A DNA stretch of 64,000 bases from an uncultured Rhodothermales bacterium (GTDB taxonomy: Bacteria > Bacteroidota > Rhodothermia > Rhodothermales > VXPQ01). The position numbers were made by a program, and so were the translations under genes. Under the pieces are notes generated by a model that saw only the letters and a program-made list of their open reading frames with translations, did no database searches and was not told where the DNA came from. The DNA lies in assembly GCA_965651265.1 (NCBI GenBank), contig CBFGRV010000003.1, positions 30,472 through 94,471 of the forward strand, in the 5' to 3' direction. This document shows positions 1 to 9,441 of the stretch, piece by piece. The first letter of the stretch is position 1. Every line of letters begins with the position of its first letter.

Positions 1-273
1 GCATCTTTCGGAGAAATCGTCGCGGACCGTGAAGTTAGGGCACGCGGGGAACGGATACGCCATTCGACGCTTTCTCCGGAATCCGCGAGAGATGGACATG
101 CCCATTCCTGACACCCGGACGTTGCTTGTCCCTGTGAGTGGAATCCGGAAGTCCGGCTGAGCCGGACAAAGCATGTCCATGATGTATGGATATCGACCTC
201 ACCCCACCGGAATGATCATCCGAAGATCCATGACGAACGACTCTGCCCATGCTAAGGCGGAGGGAACGGCCTC

Positions 274-1359
274 TTGAGCAGCCGTCCGTCCACGCGGCTC
301 AGTCACGCCGCGCTCATCACGGCATGCGTCCTCTGGGGCGGCTCCTTCTATTTCGGAAAGGTGGCCCTCGCCACGCTGAGCGCGCATCACGTGGTGCTCT
401 GGCGGTTTGTGTTGGCGCTCTGCATCCTCCTCCCGATAAGCTGGCACCGGGCCCGCGCTGATCATCGCGCGCGGCGATCGGCAGGGGCCGGCGCCGACGA
501 CTCAGCGGCAGTTAGTGACGGGCAAGCATCCGGACCGGGTGCTCTTCGCCGGCTGCCCGCGCGGGAAGATTGGCCCCTCTTCCTCTTGAACGCGGCCTTG
601 ATGGTGCCGATTCAATTCATCCTTCAGTTCGAGGGACTAGACCGCACGACGGCTTCCAGCGCTGCACTGATCGTCGGTGGCTTTGCCCCGCTGCTTGCCG
701 TGGCCGCGCTCATCGTCGATCGCGAACAGCCCGGGCGGGCCGGATGGGCGGCGATCGCGACCTCGACGCTCGGGCTCGTACTCCTCGTCGGCTCGCCCGG
801 AGAAGGCCGCTCACTCGTCGGCGACCTCATGGTCCTCGTCTCCCTGGTCGCCGCCGTCAGTATGGTGCTCTGCACGCGCCGCCTGGTCCATCGCTACGAT
901 TCGCTACTCGTCACGGTCATCTCCATGGGCATCGGCACGCTCCTTCTTCTGCCCTGGACGCTTATCAGCGCCGGCCTTCCGCCCGTCGACCTACCTGCGG
1001 AGGTGTGGGGCGCCCTCGTCGGGCTGGGCGTAGGGTGCACGGCGATCACGTTCAGCCTCTGGAACTGGGGCATTCGTTATGTCCGGGCCGCACATGCCGG
1101 CATCTACGTCAACCTGGAGCCGTTCATCGGCGCCGTCCTCGGCGTCGTTCTGCTGGGAGACGTCCTCACCCCAAAAATCATTCTCGGAGGCGGCCTCATC
1201 CTGGCCTCCGCCGCCATCATCTCACTGCCAACGAGGCCGCGCGAGAGCTTTTCACCGGACACGTTACATCGCTCGGGCACAATACGAGGCTCGATCCGTC
1301 AGTCCGAAGGTACTATAGAATCCGCAACGTCCGTCCATCCCGACCAACACCCCAATTAA
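274..1359 (+). CDS. DMT/EamA family transporter
   Basis: About 10 hydrophobic helices in two EamA repeats; LWGGSF near the N-terminus and [11 protein letters not shown] in the second repeat. TTG start uncertain. Confidence 0.85.
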   Translation: MSSRPSTRLSHAALITACVLWGGSFYFGKVALATLSAHHVVLWRFVLALCILLPISWHRARADHRARRSAGAGADDSAAVSDGQASGPGALRRLPAREDWPLFLLNAALMVPIQFILQFEGLDRTTASSAALIVGGFAPLLAVAALIVDREQPGRAGWAAIATSTLGLVLLVGSPGEGRSLVGDLMVLVSLVAAVSMVLCTRRLVHRYDSLLVTVISMGIGTLLLLPWTLISAGLPPVDLPAEVWGALVGLGVGCTAITFSLWNWGIRYVRAAHAGIYVNLEPFIGAVLGVVLLGDVLTPKIILGGGLILASAAIISLPTRPRESFSPDTLHRSGTIRGSIRQSEGTIESATSVHPDQHPN

Positions 1360-1369
1360 CAGATTCGAC

Positions 1370-1858
1370 ATGCCGCAGACCCGATGGAGCAGCCCACCTT
1401 CGATGCAGATCGATCCGGAGAAAGGCTATCTGGCCAACATTGAGACCCAGAAGGGAACGATCAGCATCGCGTTGTATCCGGAGCACGCGCCGATAACCGT
1501 CAACAATTTCGTCTTCCTGGCGAGGGAAGGCTACTACGATGGCGTGTCCTTCCATCGGGTGATCAGCGACTTCATGATTCAGGGTGGTGATCCGACCGGC
1601 ACCGGTCGCGGCGGACCGGGCTACGAGTTTGAGGATGAGCTGGATGGAAATCCACTCCTCCACGAACGCGGCGTGATCTCGATGGCGAACGCGGGTCCGA
1701 ACACGAATGGCAGCCAGTTCTTCATCACGCATTCGCCCCAGCCGCACCTGAACGGTCGCCACACCGTCTTCGGCAAGGTCATCGGCGGGTTGGATGTCGT
1801 CGATTCCATCGAGCGCGGCGATCGGATGCTGCACGTGGAGATCGAAGAATCGGCGTAG
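1370..1858 (+). CDS. Cyclophilin-type peptidyl-prolyl cis-trans isomerase
   Basis: [39 protein letters not shown] and [10 protein letters not shown] are cyclophilin signatures. Confidence 0.97.
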   Translation: MPQTRWSSPPSMQIDPEKGYLANIETQKGTISIALYPEHAPITVNNFVFLAREGYYDGVSFHRVISDFMIQGGDPTGTGRGGPGYEFEDELDGNPLLHERGVISMANAGPNTNGSQFFITHSPQPHLNGRHTVFGKVIGGLDVVDSIERGDRMLHVEIEESA

Positions 1859-1889
1859 CGATCTGGCGCTACTCGGGCGCGCTTAGCCG

Positions 1890-3263
1890 CTACTCAAGGA
1901 CTCCCTCCAACACGGCCGCGTCGGCCGTTTCGAGCCGGAGGCCAAGGAGGCGCGCCGCCATGGGGGCGACGGACCGGTTGTCGATCCACTCCAACTGTCC
2001 ACCGGACCGAATGCCGGCCCCCGACGCGATGAAGAGCGCCCGCATCTCCGGCGTGTCGTTCAGGTAGCCGTGCACCCCGACGGCGCGGTCGAAGGCGATG
2101 ACGGGATCGCCCGTGGCCGCATCGCCAAAGGCGTAACCCGGGTCCGCAGCGAGCACCAGATCACCCACCTGGTCGGATTCGGTTGGATGGGGAAGTCCGT
2201 AGGCCGCATACTCATCCGGCTCGAGCACTCGGGCGATGCCTTCGACACCCTCGAGCAGCTCCCGCGCCCGCGCGAGGTCGTCCGCCGCGGTCGAAGGATC
2301 CGTCGCGAAGAGCATCGCCGTGCCGCCATTCGAGAGCGACTGCACCCGCGCCGACGAAATCCGCCCTTCATCATCCACATCGAGCAGGCCGGCCTGGCGG
2401 AGGAGCACGTTCGGGCGCACCTGCCGGTTGACGCTCATGAAGCCGTGATCCGAGACCACGAAGATGGCCGTCTCCTCGCGGACGCCCGCCGCATCGAGAG
2501 CATCGAGCACCTCGCCAACGTGCTGGTCGGCCAGCGCCAGTGCAGCCGATGCGGGCTGGGAGCCGACGCCGTACCCGTGATGAAGCCCGTCGACTGCGAG
2601 CAGATGGAAAAGCAAGAGATCAGGCATCCTATTCTCGATAAGATGCACCGCGGCGGCCGTCCACACGTAGTCGCGCCCGGCGTAGCTCATCCTTCCGAAG
2701 GCCTCCTCATCCTCGACGATCCCCAACTCCGCCAGCTCATCGCGGAGCGGCGACGTGGTGTGCTCGATGGCCCGCGGCGCATCGGGGAGACTCTCGTCGA
2801 GCGTCGGCGCTGAGCGCGTCACGGGCCAGTTCACCTCGGCCGTACGAAGCCCGGCTTCCGAGGCGATGTCGAAGAGACTGGGATGCGCCGTCAGCTCCGC
2901 GCGGTCGACGTCACTGTTTCGCGTCACCGGCTCACCGGGTCCCCCGCGCACGAACCGACCGTTCATCAGCACGCCGTGCTTCTCCGGGTACACACCCGTG
3001 ACCAGCGTCGTGTGGTTCGGCCAGGTGACCGACGGGGTGGCCGGCGTCATCCCGCGCGCCCAGACTCCATCCCGCGCGAGCGCGCGCACGTTGGGCAGCG
3101 GCGTGCGCTCATCCCACAAGGCCTCGGCGGGAAATCCGTCGATGCTGATGATGACGACGTGCCGGGCCGGCCGCTCCTGGGCCGGGGTTGGATGTGGGAC
3201 GGTCAGCGATGCGATGCACGTTAGCGCGACAAAAGCGCAAATCGCTCGGAGATGTCGGTACAT
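1890..3263 (-). CDS. Alkaline phosphatase superfamily nucleotide pyrophosphatase/phosphodiesterase, exported
   Basis: Signal peptide; ISIDG, PSVTWPNHTTLVTG (Thr nucleophile), DGLHH, SDHG and HGY motifs. Confidence 0.9.
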   Translation of the reverse strand: MYRHLRAICAFVALTCIASLTVPHPTPAQERPARHVVIISIDGFPAEALWDERTPLPNVRALARDGVWARGMTPATPSVTWPNHTTLVTGVYPEKHGVLMNGRFVRGGPGEPVTRNSDVDRAELTAHPSLFDIASEAGLRTAEVNWPVTRSAPTLDESLPDAPRAIEHTTSPLRDELAELGIVEDEEAFGRMSYAGRDYVWTAAAVHLIENRMPDLLLFHLLAVDGLHHGYGVGSQPASAALALADQHVGEVLDALDAAGVREETAIFVVSDHGFMSVNRQVRPNVLLRQAGLLDVDDEGRISSARVQSLSNGGTAMLFATDPSTAADDLARARELLEGVEGIARVLEPDEYAAYGLPHPTESDQVGDLVLAADPGYAFGDAATGDPVIAFDRAVGVHGYLNDTPEMRALFIASGAGIRSGGQLEWIDNRSVAPMAARLLGLRLETADAAVLEGVLE

Positions 3264-3302
3264 GGATGAGGATGGCTCTTGTTGAGAGGGCCAGTTAGGA
3301 TG

Positions 3303-6300
3303 CTATTTTCCGCCGACCGGATGCACATCCGCACTGGACAGATCCACTATTCGCACGCCAATCGGCGCCATGCGGGCCTCGCGGTCGATCAATAGGCTGA
3401 AGCTGTGCGTCCCCTCCTGCAGGTCAATCGAAACCGTGCTGCCGCCCGAGGGAATGGGCGCGCCCTTCATCCACAAAGATAACCCGTCCGGAATGCCCAT
3501 GTCGAGCGCCACCGTTCCGGCCTTCCGCACATCCAGTTCGAACCGTACCAGGCTCACGCGTCGGCCATCGGGCATCTGTATCAGGGGGATGTCGTCAAGC
3601 GGAAGCGCGCCCGAAACCATGCTGTAGGCCGGCTGCCATGTCAGCCGGTCGTCGCCTCCGGCCGCCAGCTCCGCGGCGGTGCCCACGGCAATCTCTTCGT
3701 TCGCGGTGGCCATGCGCCAGCGGCGAATCCATCCGGGCTCAGGCGTGACGCCCTCGGCGGCACCTAGCTCCGACAGGAAGCGGATGAGGTCAAGGAATTC
3801 GTCTTCGTCCAGGTTCGCCGTGAGCCCCGGGGGCATCAGCGAGCCCGGGACAACGGCCCGCGTGCGAATCTGGTTCTTCGGGATGGTCACTTCTTCATCA
3901 GCCAGATCGCGGAGCACGACTTCCGCTTCGGATTCGCGCATGAGCAAGCCGGACGCGACCGTGCCGTCGGTCCGCGTGACGTTCACCAGGCCGAACCCGT
4001 CCTTCACGGCCTTCTCCGGCATCAGCACGGCTTCGATGATGTAGTCGACGGGCGCGCTCGCGCCGAGGCTGCTCAAATCGGGTCCGGCGCGACCACCCGC
4101 GCCGCCGATCGCATGACACGTCTGGCAGGCGAGCTCGGGGCGGCGATAGACCAGCTCCCCGCGGCTCGGGTCACCCTCTGCCTTCACGTCGAGCTCGAGC
4201 CGATGGAGCTGCTCTCCAGAGGGATTCTGCGGTATGCGTGGCGGAGGGAGCGGGCCTCCGATGGCCTCGAGCGCGGCATACAGGGCGTCGGCGCCTTCCG
4301 TCGATTCGCGCCAGCGCGGACCCATAGAGCGGATGACCTCCAGTCCCTTGCGCGCGGCGGATTCCTCGATGCCGCGAGTGCCCAACGCGGCGAGAAGTGC
4401 GCCCGCGCCGTCTGAATGCGAAAACAGCGATCGGTAGACGCGTTCTGCATCATCCGACAGCGAGTCATCTTGCAGCAACTCGACCGTTGCTGTGGCCGCC
4501 GCCGCCAGATCGATGGACGAAAGCGCGGCGGCCGCGAGCAGCCGCAGATCGAGCGGCCGGTCGGATGCGGTCATCTCGACGAGCGCCGCGGTACTCACCG
4601 AATCGCCCATGGAGGCGAGGGCGTCCACGGCGGCTTCGCGCAGGCGCTCCGACGTGCCCGGCGCCTGCGCCATCGCGATGAGATCGTCGCGAAAGGCCGC
4701 AAGTCCCCACCATCCAATAAGCCTCGCAGAGGATGCCGCCACGGCGTCGTCCTCGTGCGTCAGCAACGCAGCGATCCGCTCCAGGCCGTCGGCAGGATGT
4801 CCCGCCGGCCTTTCGTTTTCGCCGGCCTGCGGCGCCTCGATCACACTCCCGCTCGAGCTCCTCCTCTCGCCCCGTCGCGCGGCGCGTTCGAGCGCGGCCA
4901 GTAAATCGATGGCCCCTCGCTCATCGCGAAGGGTATGCTCAAAAAGAACCTGCAGGTCGGAAGCCGACCCATATTGCGCGATGCGATCGAGCACCTCGGC
5001 CCGGTAGTCGTCCGGAACGTCGCCGTGATCGAACATCTGCGCCAGGTGCGCCACGGCGTACGGTTTCGTCGAGACTTTCAGGGCGAAGGCGAGCTTGGCG
5101 GTATCCCCGAAGAAATCCGGCGACTCCTTCACCTGCAAGAGCCAGACCGGCTCGAGGTCACGCATCGTAATCCAGAGCGCGTGATCCAGGAATCGGTCCA
5201 TCGGCGCATCGAGCACCTGGAGCGCCAGACGGGCCGCCTCGGCCGTGCGAAGGCGGCGCAACGCGGTCACCGCCTCCATCCGCACTCGCGGATGTTCATC
5301 TCGCACCGCATCGGCGAGCAGCTCGGCCGACCGCTCGATGCGATCGATCCAATGAGAAAGCACCCGCACGGCGGCCGCCCGTGCCCGCGAATCTTCCGCC
5401 TGCAGCAGGCGCTCGAGCAGCGCTCCATCCACGCGATCCACGGCTTGCATCGCCCAGAGCGCTTCCATCAAAAGGCGCTCGCGGTCCGGATCGTCTCCAT
5501 CCAGCCGAGCCACCCACGACGCCACGGCGGCCTCGACCTCATCGCCATCCATCTCGCGGATCAGCCTCCGCGCCTGGCGCCGCGTCCAGAGCTCGGGAAG
5601 CCGAAGCGCCTCGAGCAGCTCCATCGCCCCGGCGGCTGCAAGGTCCGGCGGCTCGACCGGCGGCCGGCCGCGCGCCGTGATCCGCCAGATACGCCCGCGC
5701 TCCTGATCGCGGCGCGGATCGCGAAAGTCGATCTCGCCGTGCTGGATGATGGGGTTGTACCAGTCGGCCAGGTAGATCGCGCCGTCGGGCCCCATCCGGA
5801 CGTCGACCGGCCGAAACGCGACATGCCGGCTCCAGACCAGCGGCCCCGCGGGCTCCGCCCGGAACCCGCTTCCATCCTCCGAGACGGCGAATCGCACCAC
5901 GCGGTTTGCCCGGTAGTCGTTGGTCACGAAATGCCCCTGCAGCGAATCCGGCAGATGGCGCCCGGAAAGCACGTCGAGGCCGGCGTACTTCGGATGATCC
6001 TCGTTCAAGCCGGTCAGCATACGCTCGGCGCCGAGCGCCGCATTGTACTGCGCACCTGGAAAGAGATAGTAGATGCCCTGGTAGTCCGCGCCGTCCGTCC
6101 CGAAGGACTGTCCCCACGCGTCGAACTCGTGCCCCCACGGATTCACCATCCCGCGGGTGAACACCTCGAGGCGGCGCGCAGCCGGCTCCATCCGCCAGAT
6201 GCCGCCGCCGTGGAGACGCCGCATCCCCCAGGGCGTCTCGATATTGCTGTACGTGTAGATGCCCTGGTTGATGTAGAGCGCGCCATCGGGACCCCAGCGG

Positions 6301-6818
6301 AACGTGTTGATGAGATGATGGGTGTCGGCGCGGCCGAATCCGCGAAAGATGACTCGCTTCTCGTCCGCCCGGCCGTCGCCGTCCGTGTCCTTGAGATAGA
6401 GCAGCTCGTTGGCATTGCCCACGTAGAGGCCGCCGTCGCCGATGGCGATACCGGTCGGCATCTGGAGCCCCTCGGCGAAGACGATGGACGTATCGGCGCG
6501 GCCGTCGCCGTCGCGGTCCTCCAGCACGTAGACCTTGTCGTTGGGTACCTCTCCGGGCTCCGGTTGCGGGTATGTAGTCGTGCCGACGACCCAGAGGCGC
6601 CCGCGCTCGTCCCACGCCATCCGCACGGGCTTCCCGATCATGGGCTCGGCGGCGAAGAGGTTGATTTCGAAGCCGTCGGTCACCTCGAGCTGCTCGAGCT
6701 CGTGCATCGGATCCGGATTGGGGATGGCGCGCACGTTCTGTGCGCCGACGGGGCCGGCCGTGGCAAAAATGACCGCGACGAGAGCGAGTGCCGAAACGCC
6801 GGCCGATGTCATTCTCAT
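3303..6818 (-). CDS. PVC-type heme-binding CxxCH protein (membrane-bound dehydrogenase-like beta-propeller + HEAT repeats + cytochrome c)
   Basis: Signal peptide; FAAEPMIGKP/WDERGRLWV, DTDGDGRAD, GPDGAIYLADWYNPIIQHGE, HEAT repeats, CQTCH heme motif, GPDLS and SLMPPGL. The ATG at 6818 overlaps the upstream stop (ATGA), so it is preferred to the ORF-track start at 7079. Confidence 0.88.
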   Translation of the reverse strand: MRMTSAGVSALALVAVIFATAGPVGAQNVRAIPNPDPMHELEQLEVTDGFEINLFAAEPMIGKPVRMAWDERGRLWVVGTTTYPQPEPGEVPNDKVYVLEDRDGDGRADTSIVFAEGLQMPTGIAIGDGGLYVGNANELLYLKDTDGDGRADEKRVIFRGFGRADTHHLINTFRWGPDGALYINQGIYTYSNIETPWGMRRLHGGGIWRMEPAARRLEVFTRGMVNPWGHEFDAWGQSFGTDGADYQGIYYLFPGAQYNAALGAERMLTGLNEDHPKYAGLDVLSGRHLPDSLQGHFVTNDYRANRVVRFAVSEDGSGFRAEPAGPLVWSRHVAFRPVDVRMGPDGAIYLADWYNPIIQHGEIDFRDPRRDQERGRIWRITARGRPPVEPPDLAAAGAMELLEALRLPELWTRRQARRLIREMDGDEVEAAVASWVARLDGDDPDRERLLMEALWAMQAVDRVDGALLERLLQAEDSRARAAAVRVLSHWIDRIERSAELLADAVRDEHPRVRMEAVTALRRLRTAEAARLALQVLDAPMDRFLDHALWITMRDLEPVWLLQVKESPDFFGDTAKLAFALKVSTKPYAVAHLAQMFDHGDVPDDYRAEVLDRIAQYGSASDLQVLFEHTLRDERGAIDLLAALERAARRGERRSSSGSVIEAPQAGENERPAGHPADGLERIAALLTHEDDAVAASSARLIGWWGLAAFRDDLIAMAQAPGTSERLREAAVDALASMGDSVSTAALVEMTASDRPLDLRLLAAAALSSIDLAAAATATVELLQDDSLSDDAERVYRSLFSHSDGAGALLAALGTRGIEESAARKGLEVIRSMGPRWRESTEGADALYAALEAIGGPLPPPRIPQNPSGEQLHRLELDVKAEGDPSRGELVYRRPELACQTCHAIGGAGGRAGPDLSSLGASAPVDYIIEAVLMPEKAVKDGFGLVNVTRTDGTVASGLLMRESEAEVVLRDLADEEVTIPKNQIRTRAVVPGSLMPPGLTANLDEDEFLDLIRFLSELGAAEGVTPEPGWIRRWRMATANEEIAVGTAAELAAGGDDRLTWQPAYSMVSGALPLDDIPLIQMPDGRRVSLVRFELDVRKAGTVALDMGIPDGLSLWMKGAPIPSGGSTVSIDLQEGTHSFSLLIDREARMAPIGVRIVDLSSADVHPVGGK

Positions 6819-7879
6819 GAGTCGTCCACGCCCCCCTTCGAGGCTATCCGACGCTTTGAACGGTCGATCGCATGGTCGAGCGTCTCGATGAGCGGCGTCA
6901 ACTGCTCGAGCTCGACGGCATTCTGGCCCTGCTCGTAGCTCCGGAAGCCGATCAGGTACGTCTCGTTCGCCGGCCGGTACTGTTCGAAGTAGAGTAGGTC
7001 CTTCTGGATGATGAGCTGACGGAGCTGCTCCTGCTCGGTCACGCGGCGTGCGCTTTCGCCGGATGCCCGATGCATCCACGAAGGCTCGATTTCGAGCCCG
7101 AGTCCGGCCGCGATCACGCGCGCCAGCTCGCGGTGACCCACCCTATCGAGGCGGATGCCGTCGTCCGTCAGGCGCGTGTGCCGGTTCGCCTCCATCAATC
7201 CGTTGAAGACATCTACGAAAAAGTGTCCGCGCTCGCGAGCGACGCGCGCAATGGTCTCCGACACCTCAGCTAATCCCTCATTCGTGCGATGTACGATCTC
7301 AGCCGGTGAAGGCGATGAGGCCGCCTCCAACGGCGGCGGCGAGAGCAGGACGATCCGTGCACCCGTCCGGTCCTGGAGGTCATCCAGCAGGCTTCGAAGC
7401 CCGTCCTCGAAGAGAGCCAGCGCGCTGCCCGCGGAGCGCCCCGGCGTGTCGTTCTCCTCAAAAGGTACATTCGAGCCGTAGCCCACGAAGATCACGGTAG
7501 GATCCGGCGCCGTGGCATCGCCGAGAAGCCGCTCGTAGGGTGTCGGCGGGCTAGTGAATCGGGCGCGCGCCTCGCCGAAAACCGTATCGCCGGACCATCC
7601 CAGATTCCGGAAGATGATGCGCCGATCCGGCCAGCGCGTCGTGAGGACGAGCTCGATGAAGCCGAACTCCTGGGCGGCTTCGATAAATCCGCTACCCAGC
7701 AGCACGACGCGATCTCCATCCACCAGCTCGAACGCGGGTGCGCCACCGTCACCGCCCGATCGCTCGGCCGGCGCGGGGATCTGCGCGGTCGTGATCGAGA
7801 CGAGCCCGCCGCCCGCCATCCCTATCATCACGACCGCAACGACCCGTCTCAACGCCGGCTCGGCCCACTGCCTGCGCAT
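6815..7879 (-). CDS. SGNH/GDSL-fold protein, catalytic residues apparently missing
   Basis: GDRVVLLGSGFIE, FRNLGWSGDTV, VGYGSN and DDGIRL blocks; N-terminal signal; translationally coupled to the downstream heme protein. Confidence 0.8.
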   Translation of the reverse strand: MRRQWAEPALRRVVAVVMIGMAGGGLVSITTAQIPAPAERSGGDGGAPAFELVDGDRVVLLGSGFIEAAQEFGFIELVLTTRWPDRRIIFRNLGWSGDTVFGEARARFTSPPTPYERLLGDATAPDPTVIFVGYGSNVPFEENDTPGRSAGSALALFEDGLRSLLDDLQDRTGARIVLLSPPPLEAASSPSPAEIVHRTNEGLAEVSETIARVARERGHFFVDVFNGLMEANRHTRLTDDGIRLDRVGHRELARVIAAGLGLEIEPSWMHRASGESARRVTEQEQLRQLIIQKDLLYFEQYRPANETYLIGFRSYEQGQNAVELEQLTPLIETLDHAIDRSKRRIASKGGVDDS

Positions 7880-7896
7880 CGAATCGCGTGCCTCGT

Positions 7897-9357
7897 CTAG
7901 ACCTCCCACCCTTCCCGATAGGTCCGCCCGACGAATTGATTGGCCTCCTCGATGTTCGTGATGCGCATGTTCTCACCATCCCAGAGGAGCTTGCGGCGCG
8001 CATAGTAGTGCGCGTCGCCGTCCTCATCAACCCGGCGTAGCATGTAGGCGCGGATGGCGAGATTCCCCATCAGAACAGTCTCCGTCATGGGACCGGCATA
8101 GTCGAAGGACGACGTCAGGGCGCGGTGCTCGGGGCTATCGAAGCCCGCCTTGATCGCATCTACCCAGCGGCGTTGATGGCCGTATTCCGGCTCGTCGTCG
8201 GGCTCCGTCTCGGGTCCGAACTCCGTGGTGCCGTCATTTAGATACAGCTTCGGCATCAAGGGTGAGCTGTCGTTGATGTTCGACGAGATCACACCGTTCT
8301 CACCGATCATGAGCACGCCGTTGGCGCTGTTTCGCCCGCCGATGTCGTGATCCGGCGGAATGGCTTCGGGATGCGGAGGCCGGATGCCGCCATCCATCCA
8401 CGTCATCTCGATGGGGGCGCCGCTCTTGTCCGTGGCGTCGAAATGCAGGGTGATGAGCGACGAGGCCGGGGCGCCCTCCGGGACGTACTCGGGCGTCCAC
8501 ATCTGCGTGTAGATGGTGCCGACGCTCGCTTCGGCGTCCCTGGGGTACCCGAGCTTCAGCGTGCGAAAGGGGATGTCGATGAGGTGGCATCCGACGTCGC
8601 CCAGCGCGCCCGTGCCGAAATCCCACCAGCCACGCCAGTTGAACGGATGCAGCCCCGGGATGTACGGGCGAAACTCTGCCGGACCGAGCCACAGGTTCCA
8701 GTCCAGATCGGGCGGTTTCTGGCTCGCATCCGGTGCCGGCATGGCGAAGCCCTGAGGCCAGACGGGCCGGTTCGTCCAGATCTGCACCTTCGATATCCGC
8801 CCGAGGACTCCGCTATCCACCCACTCCTGCACCATCCCGAGGAGCGGATTCGACGCGCCCTGGTTGCCCATCTGCGAAACGATCTGATGCTCGCGCGCCA
8901 TCTGGGTGAGGATGCGCGCCTCGCGGATGTTGTGGGTCAGCGGCTTCTGGACGTACACGTGCACGCCGCGCTCCATGGCGTGCTTGGCCGCCGGCGCGTG
9001 GACGTGGTCGGGCGTCGAGATGGTGACGGCGTCGATCTCCGGCATCTCATCCAGCATGATGCGGTAGTCCGCGTACAGCTTCGCATCCGGGAATCGCTCG
9101 ACGGAGCGCGACGCGCTGCCGGAAAAGTCCACATCCGCCAGCGCGACCACCCGCTCGCGCCCGTTCACAGACGCATGGAGGATGTCGCTGGCCCCTTTGC
9201 CGCCCGCGCCGATGGCCGCCAGGGCAACCTGATCGCTCGGCGCCGTGAAACCGGGGCCGCCGAGAACGTGGCGGGGCACGATGAGGACGGAGCCCGCCAG
9301 CGCCGACTTCTGCAGAAACGACCGGCGAGTGAGGGTGCGAGCGTCTTTTCGTTGCAT
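7897..9357 (-). CDS. Tat-exported Gfo/Idh/MocA family oxidoreductase
   Basis: TRRSFLQK twin-arginine signal; IGAGGKG, ISTPDHVH, VYVQKPL and WDFGTGALGD. Confidence 0.93.
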   Translation of the reverse strand: MQRKDARTLTRRSFLQKSALAGSVLIVPRHVLGGPGFTAPSDQVALAAIGAGGKGASDILHASVNGRERVVALADVDFSGSASRSVERFPDAKLYADYRIMLDEMPEIDAVTISTPDHVHAPAAKHAMERGVHVYVQKPLTHNIREARILTQMAREHQIVSQMGNQGASNPLLGMVQEWVDSGVLGRISKVQIWTNRPVWPQGFAMPAPDASQKPPDLDWNLWLGPAEFRPYIPGLHPFNWRGWWDFGTGALGDVGCHLIDIPFRTLKLGYPRDAEASVGTIYTQMWTPEYVPEGAPASSLITLHFDATDKSGAPIEMTWMDGGIRPPHPEAIPPDHDIGGRNSANGVLMIGENGVISSNINDSSPLMPKLYLNDGTTEFGPETEPDDEPEYGHQRRWVDAIKAGFDSPEHRALTSSFDYAGPMTETVLMGNLAIRAYMLRRVDEDGDAHYYARRKLLWDGENMRITNIEEANQFVGRTYREGWEV

Positions 9358-9441
9358 GGCCGCGATTCCGTTTGGTGGATGGGGTCCTCCCAAACGGTAC
9401 CGCATTTTGCGCTCACCGGCAACCTTAAGCGACGCGTGCGA

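Noticed and set aside
1-273. Possible gene end or short ORFs at the window start
   Set aside because: No motif support; cannot be assigned from this window.
4935-6938. Long antisense ORFs (e.g. 4935..6938, 8347..10005, 13848..15428, 46071..48137, 59214..60392)
   Set aside because: They shadow well-supported genes on the opposite strand, lack motifs, and are expected in high-GC DNA.
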